Below, piece after piece: positions 18,275-24,877 of a stretch of DNA of 24,877 nt; the first letter of the stretch is position 1; each line of letters starts with the position of its first letter. Source of the DNA: Candidatus Fervidifonticultor quintus (GTDB taxonomy: Bacteria > Sysuimicrobiota > Sysuimicrobiia > Sysuimicrobiales > Humicultoraceae). Both the position numbers and the translations under genes were made by a program. Under the pieces are notes generated by a model. It did no database searches. It worked only from the letters and a program-made list of their open reading frames with translations, and was not told the DNA's origin. Location: positions 1-24,877 of the forward strand of contig JAVKIJ010000045.1 of NCBI GenBank assembly GCA_031459535.1, in the 5' to 3' direction.

Positions 18275-19990
18275 CTACCGCGCGCGGCCGGCGAGCTTGG
18301 CCCAGGAATCGCGGAGCGTCACGATGCGGTTGAACACCAGGTGGTCGGGCCGGGAGTCCACCGGATCCGGCCAGAAGTATCCCAGGCGCTCGAACTGGTA
18401 GCGGGTGTCCGGGGGATCGCCGAGCACGCTGGGCTCGACCCAGCCATTGACCACCACCAGCGACTGGGGATTTAGATGGGCGGTGAAGTCGCCGTCGCCC
18501 GCCTCGGGGTCGGGCACGAGGAATAGACGGTCGTAGAGCCGTATCTCCGCCGGCACCGCGTGCGCCGCCGAGACCCAGTGGATGGTACCCCTGACTGGGC
18601 CCCCGGCCGGTGGTTTGCCGAGCGTGTCGGGATCGTAGCTGCAGCGCAGTTCCACTACCTGGCCGTGCCCGTCCCGCACGACCTCATCGCAGCGGATCAC
18701 GTAGGCGTGGCGCAGGCGCACCCGCCCGCCGGGTGTGAGGCGGTGGAACCCCTTCGGCGGGTGCTCCAGGAAGTCGTCGCGCTCGATGTAGAGCTCTCGG
18801 GAGAACGGCACCACCCGCTCGCCCGTCCGGGGCACGTCATGGGGCCAGTAGGGCGCCTGGAGGTACTCCACGGTGGCGTCGGGGAGGTTGGTCAGCACCA
18901 CCCGCAGGGGCCGGAGCACGGCCAGCACCCGGGGCGCGCGGTAGTTCAGGTCGTCTCGTACCGCCGCCTCGAAGATCGCAGGATCCACACGACTGTTGGC
19001 CCTGGCGACGCCGATGCGGTTGGCGAACTCACGAATCGCTTCCGGCGTCACGCCCCGGCGCCGGAGGCCTGAGAGGGTGGGCAGGCGCGGGTCGTCCCAG
19101 CCGTGGACGTATCCGCCTTCCACCAGTCTGATCAGCTTGCGCTTGGAGAGGACGGTGTAGTCCAGGTTCAGCCGCGCGAACTCGTACTGGTAGGGGCGAG
19201 ACGAAGAGGGGAGACCGCACGTGCCCCGCAGATTCTCCACCAGCCAGTCGTAGATGGCACGGTTGTTCTCGAACTCGAGGGTGCAGAGGCTGTGGGTGAT
19301 GCCTTCGATGGCGTCGGAGAGCGGGTGTGCGAAATCGTACAGCGGATAGATGCACCACGCGTCGCCGGTGCGGTAGTGCCGCGCGTGCACGATGCGGTAG
19401 AGAACCGGATCGCGCAACTTCATGTTGCGGCTGGTCAGGTCGATCTTCGCCCGCAGGACATGCGCGCCGTCGGGGAACTGGCCGGCGCGCATCCGCCGGA
19501 ACAGGTCCAGATTCTCCTCCACGCTGCGGTCGCGGTACGGGCTGGGCCGGCCGGGCTCGGTCACCGTGCCGCGATAGACGCCGATTTCGTCCTCGGACAG
19601 GCTGTCCACGTAGGCCTTGCCGGCCGCAATGAGCTGCTCGGCCATGAAGTAGAGTCGCTCGAAGTAGTCGGACGCGTAGAGCTCCCTGCTCCACTGAAAC
19701 CCCAGCCACGCCACATCCCGCTTGATGGCTTCCACGTACTCGACACTCTCGGTTTCAGGGTTGGTGTCGTCGAAGCGCAGGTTGCACTCGCCGCCGTAGT
19801 CAAGCGCGAGGCCGAAGTTGAGACAGATGGACTTGGCGTGTCCGATGTGCAGATAGCCGTTGGGCTCTGGCGGGAACCTGGTGACCACGCGCCGATACCG
19901 CCCGCGCCGGAGGTCGTCGTCGATGATGTCGGTGATGAAGTTGGGACTGACAACTCGCTTGCGGGCGGAGCCGCTGGAGTCTCTGCTCAT
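18275..19990 (-). CDS. glnS: Glutamine--tRNA ligase (no C-terminal YqeY appendage)
   Basis: [69 protein letters not shown] and [11 protein letters not shown] at 19990 with SD GGAG. Confidence 0.98.
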   Translation of the reverse strand: MSRDSSGSARKRVVSPNFITDIIDDDLRRGRYRRVVTRFPPEPNGYLHIGHAKSICLNFGLALDYGGECNLRFDDTNPETESVEYVEAIKRDVAWLGFQWSRELYASDYFERLYFMAEQLIAAGKAYVDSLSEDEIGVYRGTVTEPGRPSPYRDRSVEENLDLFRRMRAGQFPDGAHVLRAKIDLTSRNMKLRDPVLYRIVHARHYRTGDAWCIYPLYDFAHPLSDAIEGITHSLCTLEFENNRAIYDWLVENLRGTCGLPSSSRPYQYEFARLNLDYTVLSKRKLIRLVEGGYVHGWDDPRLPTLSGLRRRGVTPEAIREFANRIGVARANSRVDPAIFEAAVRDDLNYRAPRVLAVLRPLRVVLTNLPDATVEYLQAPYWPHDVPRTGERVVPFSRELYIERDDFLEHPPKGFHRLTPGGRVRLRHAYVIRCDEVVRDGHGQVVELRCSYDPDTLGKPPAGGPVRGTIHWVSAAHAVPAEIRLYDRLFLVPDPEAGDGDFTAHLNPQSLVVVNGWVEPSVLGDPPDTRYQFERLGYFWPDPVDSRPDHLVFNRIVTLRDSWAKLAGRAR

Positions 19991-20051
19991 GGGCACTCCA
20001 TCGGAATCGCGCGAGGCCGCGCGCGGGAGTATTGTCCCGACCTGGATGGCG

Positions 20052-21428
20052 CTACCTGGCCAGCCCCTCGAGCACCTCGGCGGGCGCCGCCATCCGGCCC
20101 GCGGCCCCTCGATCGTGCAGCGCCATGGCCAGGTACTTGTCCGCTTCGGCGTCTGCGCCCGCCTCCCGCAACAGCAGACCGAGTTCCCCCGCGGCGGTGG
20201 TCGCCCGTCCTCCCTCCCCGACGCGGTTGAGCGTGGACACGGCACCCCGCAGGAGTTCGATGGCCTCGCGGCGGCGTCCCTGCGCCCGCAACACCCGCGC
20301 CAGCGCCACCTGGCAGGCGGCCTGGCGCGCCGGGTCGCCTGCCGCCTGCGCCTCCCGGATGCCGCGCCGCGCCGCCCGGGAGGCATCGCCGCGGCGCTTG
20401 AGCGCCAGCAAGACCAGGGCCATCTCCTCCAGGGTCATGCTGCGGTCGCGGGGCGACGCGACCCGGTCCTGGACGCGCAACGACTGTTCCAGCGCCGCCA
20501 GCGCCTCGTCCAGCTTCCCCTGCTCGCGGCGCACCAGTCCCAGGTGACCAAGGGTCCGGCCGACCTCGACGAGATCCTCGGCTCCGGCGAACGCCTCGCG
20601 GGCCTGGGTGAGATACGTCGCCGCGGCGTCCAGTTGTCGGCGCGACCAGGCCACCAGGCTGAGGCCGACCAGCGCCTTGCCCCGCAGCGACGACAGGCGC
20701 AGCCGCGCGGAAACCTCGAGTGCCCGCCGGTAGGCTCGCTGCGCCCGGTTGATCTGGCCCAGCTGGAAGCGTGTCGTGCCCAGGGAGAGCAGCGCGCGCA
20801 CATTCTCCTCGGTGCGGGCGGCCTTGCTGCGCTGCAGGATCACCGCAGCCTCTTCCAACCACGGCAGGGCGGCGCCATACGCGCGCCGCCGGACCTCCAC
20901 TTCCCCGCGAAGGGCCAGGGCCATTCCCAGATGGGTAGCCAGCCGGTGTTGGCGGGCCAGCGCCGTGGTCTCCTCGGCCCAACGCGCGCCTTCGTCGAGC
21001 CGCCCGGCGCCAATGGCGACGCGGGCCCGGAGCAGCGCCGCACGGGCCCGCAGCTCTACCGGCATGTCGGGCAGCAGGGCCGACGCCGCATCCACGAGCT
21101 TGATGGCGTCGGCGCCGTGGGTGTCCGGGTCCATCTGCCGTGCCAGGTGTAGCAGATTCAGCACCGTCTCGACCCGCAGGTCCGCCGGATCCAGGAGCAG
21201 CGCGCCAATCGAGCTGTTGACCCGTCTGGCCAGGGAGATGACCGTCTCCACCGAGGGATGCGAGCGCCCGCTCTCCAGAAGACTGATGAAGCTCTTGCTC
21301 AAATTGGGCGCGCCAAGAGCCTGCTGCGTCAACCCGGCGCGGCCGCGGGCGAACAACAGGCGCCGTCCAAACTGAACCAGCCATTCCGGCCGCGCTGACA
21401 CGGATGGCGTCGGAGGACGTGTGGACAC
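20052..21428 (-). CDS. XRE-family HTH plus TPR-repeat transcriptional regulator (RRNPP-like architecture)
   Basis: N-terminal [39 protein letters not shown], followed by about 8 TPR-like helical repeats (e.g. [25 protein letters not shown]). Confidence 0.85.
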   Translation of the reverse strand: MSTRPPTPSVSARPEWLVQFGRRLLFARGRAGLTQQALGAPNLSKSFISLLESGRSHPSVETVISLARRVNSSIGALLLDPADLRVETVLNLLHLARQMDPDTHGADAIKLVDAASALLPDMPVELRARAALLRARVAIGAGRLDEGARWAEETTALARQHRLATHLGMALALRGEVEVRRRAYGAALPWLEEAAVILQRSKAARTEENVRALLSLGTTRFQLGQINRAQRAYRRALEVSARLRLSSLRGKALVGLSLVAWSRRQLDAAATYLTQAREAFAGAEDLVEVGRTLGHLGLVRREQGKLDEALAALEQSLRVQDRVASPRDRSMTLEEMALVLLALKRRGDASRAARRGIREAQAAGDPARQAACQVALARVLRAQGRRREAIELLRGAVSTLNRVGEGGRATTAAGELGLLLREAGADAEADKYLAMALHDRGAAGRMAAPAEVLEGLAR

Positions 21429-21434
21429 GGCTAC

Positions 21435-21463
21435 AGCCTAGCACCGCGGCATGCCGTTGACAA
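21435..21463 (-). promoter_or_regulatory. Sigma70 promoter for the HTH-TPR gene (likely leaderless transcript)
   Basis: Minus strand TTGTCA - 17 nt - TAGGCT, with TG extension (TGcTAGGCT) and 6 nt before the GTG start at 21428. Confidence 0.65.
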
Positions 21464-21564
21464 TGCACGCCCGGACGCCGGGCGGTGGAGGGGACCGCCG
21501 CCGGCGCGGGGAAGAACCGCCGCGGACCGGCCTGCCGTACGGCCTGGTCTGCTGGGGGAGTGCG

Positions 21565-21885
21565 ATGACCAGATCGCGACCGTCACCGGTGAACCCTCAC
21601 CTGCGCGATCGTCTCGTGGATCGCCTGTGCCGTGCTCTGTTGACCCTGAAGACCGTTGAGGAGTGCTACCGGCTGCTCGAGGACCTCTGTACGGTCAGCG
21701 AGATCAAGGCCCTGGCAGCGCGACTGGAAGTGGCCCGCCTCCTGGATGCCGGCCTGACGTATGAGGAGATCGCGCGACGGACAGGTGCCAGCAGTGCCAC
21801 CATCAGCCGGGTCCGCCGGTTTCTCGAATACGGGGCCGACGGGTATCGCCTGGTCCTCGATCGTCTGAGCCGCGGGCATCACTGA
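21565..21885 (+). CDS. YerC/YecD family TrpR-like regulator (HisR)
   Basis: LCRALLTLKTVEECYRLLEDLCTVSEIKALAARLEVARLL...TYEEIARRTGASSATISRVRRFLEYGADGYRLVLDRL is the YerC signature. SD GGGGGAG. Directly upstream of the his operon. Confidence 0.92.
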   Translation: MTRSRPSPVNPHLRDRLVDRLCRALLTLKTVEECYRLLEDLCTVSEIKALAARLEVARLLDAGLTYEEIARRTGASSATISRVRRFLEYGADGYRLVLDRLSRGHH

Positions 21886-21927
21886 CACGACGCCTCACCA
21901 GTGTCACCCGCGCAGCGGATGTGACCC

Positions 21928-21956
21928 TTGACGGACGCTCAGCGTCGTGGTAAGCT
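21928..21956 (+). promoter_or_regulatory. Sigma70 promoter of the his operon
   Basis: TTGACG (21928-21933) - 17 nt - TAAGCT (21951-21956), preceded by TGg (extended -10). Confidence 0.8.
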
Positions 21957-21976
21957 AACGGTGTTTTGCAATTTAG

Positions 21977-21996
21977 TACTTTATCGTGATAAAGGG
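21977..21996. promoter_or_regulatory. HisR/YerC-type operator palindrome
   Basis: taCTTTATC-GT-GATAAAGgg in an AT-rich patch just downstream of the promoter. Resembles the Firmicutes HisR box (CTTTA-N6-TAAAG). Confidence 0.78.
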
Positions 21997-22004
21997 ACAA
22001 AGTC

Positions 22005-23231
22005 ATGCGCATTCGCAGCGCCGGGCGTGCCCGGTGGCGTCAGGTGCCGGCAGGGATGCCCGACCAGACGGCGGACCACGTCGCGGCCCGGCGGCGCCTG
22101 GAGGCCCGCCTGCTCACCCTGTTTACCGCGTGGGGCTACGATGAGGTGGCCACCCCCACCCTGGAGTACCTGGACACGCTGCTGCATGGCGCTGGGCCCG
22201 GCGTCGCCGACCGCCTGCTGAAGCTGGTGGACAGCGGCGGCGAGATTCTCACCCTGCGTCCCGAGATGACCGTGCCGCTGGCGCGGTTCGCCGCCACGCG
22301 GCTGCTGCCCGCCGGCCGCCGGCCGCTGCGGCTGGCGTACGTGGCCACGGTCTTCCGAGGACAGGAACGCGGCTCCGGCCGCTTGCGCGAGTTCACCCAG
22401 GCCGGCGTCGAGCTGATCGGTGAGGGCGATCTGGCCTCCGACGCTGAGGTCATCGCCCTGGCCGCCGAGGCGTTGCGCGTCGCCGAGGTGCCGGGGGCGT
22501 CTATCAGCGTGGGGCACGCGGGGTTCCTGCGGGGTCTGCTGGCGTCGTTGCCCGACCCGATCGCCGAGGCCACCCGCGACCTGTTGTACCGGCGGGCGTT
22601 CGCCGAGCTCAACCGCCTGGTCCCCCAGGGAGCGTCGCTGGAGGCGCTGCGCCGGCTCCCGACGCTGCGCGGGCCCGATGCGCTGGATCGGGCGCAACCC
22701 CTGGCCGCCACGGACGAGAGCCGGGCCGCGCTGGAGGCGCTGCGGGTGGTGCTGGACCGCGTGGCGGTCCACCGGCCCGCCGTCCGCGTCGACCTTGACC
22801 TGGGGCTGATCCGGGACTTCGACTACTACAGCGGCGTGGTCTTCGAAGCCCACGGGCCTGCCCCAGGCCTGCCGCTCCTGGGTGGAGGGCGGTATGATGA
22901 CCTGCTTGCTCGCTTTGGGCAACCGGCTCCCGCGACAGGGTTCGCCATCGGCCTCGAACGGGTGCTTGAGGTCACGTCGGCCCGTCCGGGCACCCGAGGC
23001 GTGGTGATGGTGGTCTACCGCGGCGATGCCTATGGCGCCGCAGTCGCGGCCGCGGCCAGGCTGCGGGACGCTGGCGTCCCGGCGATCGTCTCACCCACTC
23101 CGGGCGCGGGGGGCCACCTGGGTGTGGTGACCGTGGAACCGGACGGGCTGCGGATCGAACTCGGGGGGCGCCAGACGACCGTGACGCTCGACCGCCTGGT
23201 GGCGACCGTGCAGGCCGCCTGGGCGCCATGA
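22005..23231 (+). CDS. hisZ: ATP phosphoribosyltransferase regulatory subunit
   Basis: HisRS-like motifs WGYDEVATPTLEY, LRPEMTVPLAR, REFTQAGVELIG, DYYSGVVF, GGGRYDDL and ATGFAIGLER. Immediately precedes a short-form hisG. Confidence 0.93.
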   Translation: MRIRSAGRARWRQVPAGMPDQTADHVAARRRLEARLLTLFTAWGYDEVATPTLEYLDTLLHGAGPGVADRLLKLVDSGGEILTLRPEMTVPLARFAATRLLPAGRRPLRLAYVATVFRGQERGSGRLREFTQAGVELIGEGDLASDAEVIALAAEALRVAEVPGASISVGHAGFLRGLLASLPDPIAEATRDLLYRRAFAELNRLVPQGASLEALRRLPTLRGPDALDRAQPLAATDESRAALEALRVVLDRVAVHRPAVRVDLDLGLIRDFDYYSGVVFEAHGPAPGLPLLGGGRYDDLLARFGQPAPATGFAIGLERVLEVTSARPGTRGVVMVVYRGDAYGAAVAAAARLRDAGVPAIVSPTPGAGGHLGVVTVEPDGLRIELGGRQTTVTLDRLVATVQAAWAP

Positions 23232-23884
23232 TGATGGTACCGTTGGGCGTCGCGGTCCCCACGGGTCGGCTGCTGGCCGGGGCGCTGGGGTTGCTGCAAC
23301 GCGCTGGGCTGGCCGTCGACGCGCTGAGCGATGATCGACGGCTGATGGTGACCGTGCCCGGTGCCGTGCGCATCCTGAAGGCCAAGCCCACCGATTTGCT
23401 CACGTATGTGGAGCGCGGGGCGGCGGACGTAGGGATCATCGGCCGCGACATGATTCTGGAGCAAGGTCGCGACGTGTACGAACTGCTGGACCTTGAGTTC
23501 GGCGCGTGCCGGGCGGTGCTGGCGTTTCCCGAGGATGCGGCTGACGAGCTGTGGCAGCCCGGTCGCGCGCTGCGGATTGCGACCAAGTACCCGCGCCTGA
23601 CCGCAGGATACTTCGAGCAGCAGGAACGTCCGGTGGAGATCGTGGTGCTGTATGGTTCGGTGGAACTGGCGCCCCTGGTCGGGTTGGCCGACGGCGTTGT
23701 GGACTTGGTCATGACCGGGCGGACCCTGGTCGAGAATCGCCTCCGGGAGGTCGCCGAGGTGGCGCGGTCCACGGCCAGGCTCGTGGCGAATCGCAGCAGC
23801 CTGAGCCAGTCGCCTCGGGTGGCCGAGTTCGTGGCCACGGTGGAGTCGCTGCTGGGGCAGCGGAAGCGAGGTGTGCATGCGTAG
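23228..23884 (+). CDS. hisG: ATP phosphoribosyltransferase, short form
   Basis: YVERGAADVGIIGRD, LLDLEFGACR, RIATKYP, GSVELAPLVGLADGVVDLVMTGRTL..N motifs. 218 aa, lacking the C-terminal regulatory domain. Confidence 0.96.
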   Translation: MMMVPLGVAVPTGRLLAGALGLLQRAGLAVDALSDDRRLMVTVPGAVRILKAKPTDLLTYVERGAADVGIIGRDMILEQGRDVYELLDLEFGACRAVLAFPEDAADELWQPGRALRIATKYPRLTAGYFEQQERPVEIVVLYGSVELAPLVGLADGVVDLVMTGRTLVENRLREVAEVARSTARLVANRSSLSQSPRVAEFVATVESLLGQRKRGVHA

Positions 23885-24877
23885 GGAGCCGTTCCCAGTC
23901 CAGGCGCTACGCGATCAGCCGCCAGACCAACGGCGTCGGAGACTCGAGCGGTCGTCGGCGGCTATTTTCAACGAACAGGCGCGGGCGTACGCCCGACAGG
24001 TCCTGGAAGACGTGGCATCTGGCGGCGATGAGGCTGTGGCGGCGTATACCGCCCGGTGGGATGGGGTGACGTTGCGACCGGACGAGCTCGAGGTGCCGCG
24101 TGACGCGTTCGACGCCGCGCGCCGCACGCTCGATGGCGGCCTCCTCCATGCCCTGGAGAGCGCCATCGCGCGGAGCCGGCGCTACAATCAGTGGCTGCGG
24201 CCGCCGTCGATGATGCTCGAGGAACTCGAACCCGGCATCACGGTCGGGGTCCGCTACACGGCCTGCCGGTCGGCCGGCCTCTACGTGCCATCTGGCAAGG
24301 GGACGTTCCCCTCGATGCTGATCGCGCTGGGCGTCCCGGCGGCGGTGGCCGGTGTGGAACGGGTGGTGGTGGTGGTCCCGCCACGGCCGGACGGAACGGT
24401 GGATCCCGCCGTGCTCGTCGTCGCAGACCTGTTGGGGATCCGGCATCTGATCCGGTGCAACGGTGCCGCGGGGGTGGCGGCCCTGGCAGTTGGGACAGAG
24501 CGCATCCCCAGGACCGACCTGGTCGTGGGCCCCGGCAACCCCGTCATCGCTGCGATCCAGCTCGCCGCGGCGCCCTTTGGCACCCGGCCCCTGGTGATGC
24601 TTGGTCCCACCGAGTCCGTGGTGCTCGCCGACGACAGCGCCGACCCCGACCGCCTGGCGCTGGACTTGCTCAATGAGGCCGAACACGGCACTGATTCCGC
24701 TGCGGTCCTGCTCGCTGCAGGCGCCGGGCTGGCCGAAGCGGTCGCGGAGCGCCTGCCCGGCTACCTGGACCGCCTGCCCCAACCCCGGCGCACCTACGCG
24801 CGAGCGGCCCTGAGCGATCTGGGTGGGTTGTTCGCCATCGCCGATCTGGACGAGGGGATCGAGTGGATCAACCAGTA
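23877..24877 (+). CDS. hisD: Histidinol dehydrogenase family protein, 3'-truncated by the window edge (missing from the ORF track)
   Basis: Manual translation from ATG 23877: MRREPFP...DVASGGDEAVAAYTARWDG...AGLYVPSGKGTFPS...VPAAVAGV...AALAVGTERI...VGPGN...GPTESVVLAD...DLLNEAEHGTDS, open to the end of the window. Confidence 0.88.
   Translation, partial: MRREPFPVQALRDQPPDQRRRRLERSSAAIFNEQARAYARQVLEDVASGGDEAVAAYTARWDGVTLRPDELEVPRDAFDAARRTLDGGLLHALESAIARSRRYNQWLRPPSMMLEELEPGITVGVRYTACRSAGLYVPSGKGTFPSMLIALGVPAAVAGVERVVVVVPPRPDGTVDPAVLVVADLLGIRHLIRCNGAAGVAALAVGTERIPRTDLVVGPGNPVIAAIQLAAAPFGTRPLVMLGPTESVVLADDSADPDRLALDLLNEAEHGTDSAAVLLAAGAGLAEAVAERLPGYLDRLPQPRRTYARAALSDLGGLFAIADLDEGIEWINQ

Noticed and set aside
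19991-20386. 132-aa N-terminal extension of GlnRS in the ORF track
   Set aside because: Low-complexity Arg/Pro text overlapping the HTH-TPR gene. ATG 19990 has an SD and sits just before the conserved NFI motif.
21470-21560. GCGGTGGAGGGGACC...GAAGAACCGC resembling part of a SAM-I riboswitch upstream of yerC
   Set aside because: Lacks the ATC/GAT P1 core and GCAACC, and the downstream gene is unrelated to sulfur metabolism. GC hairpins are expected by chance here.
21883-21925. Inverted repeats after yerC (TGACAC/GTGTCA; GTCAC-CCGC...GCGG-AT-GTGAC) as a terminator
   Set aside because: Short, imperfect stems with no U-tract. Insufficient support.
21886-22004. His leader peptide attenuator or T-box before hisZ (and T-boxes before gltX and glnS)
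   Set aside because: No His-codon run, no T-box consensus, and the leaders are too short. An operator explains the his leader.
529-24813. Many long alternative-frame and antisense ORFs (e.g. 529-1692 -, 10459-11562 -, 16964-18214 -, 19103-20230 +, 19860-21152 +, 19987-21468 -, 23907-24782 -)
   Set aside because: They overlap well-supported genes and have no recognisable motifs. They are typical stop-poor shadow frames of high-GC coding DNA.
1-24877. CRISPR arrays, IS elements, integrases, rRNA
   Set aside because: No regularly spaced repeats, terminal inverted repeats or recombinase/transposase motifs seen.

Overview
GC-rich bacterial chromosomal window of mostly housekeeping genes, with no CRISPR array, transposase or integrase seen. 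Gene order on +: partial hypothetical, secA, lnt with an extra C-terminal CPBP-like membrane domain, prfB (programmed +1 frameshift), DUF2993-like, DUF5693-like, csaB, spoVS, an atypical prs, gltX, tRNA-Gln(CTG), DUF6544-like, Asp-box/BNR propeller, MoaD/ThiS-like protein and a gcvT-glyA fusion. Then on -: glnS and an XRE-HTH/TPR regulator. Then on +: a YerC/HisR TrpR-like regulator, hisZ, hisG and a partial, divergent hisD. The gene content (spoVS, csaB, yerC, lnt, glnS) suggests a Terrabacteria lineage such as Armatimonadota/CSP1-3-like or a high-GC Bacillota; this is inference only. Most notable: a single-chain GcvT plus archaeal-type SHMT enzyme; an uncharacterised propeller plus ubiquitin-like gene pair in a possible tRNA-anchored islet; a HisR-type operator built from 8-bp units; a sigma-H-type promoter before spoVS; a Prs lacking its catalytic lysine; a HisD with an altered Zn-ligand motif; and a likely CTG start for csaB. 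All family assignments come from recalled motifs, not database searches.
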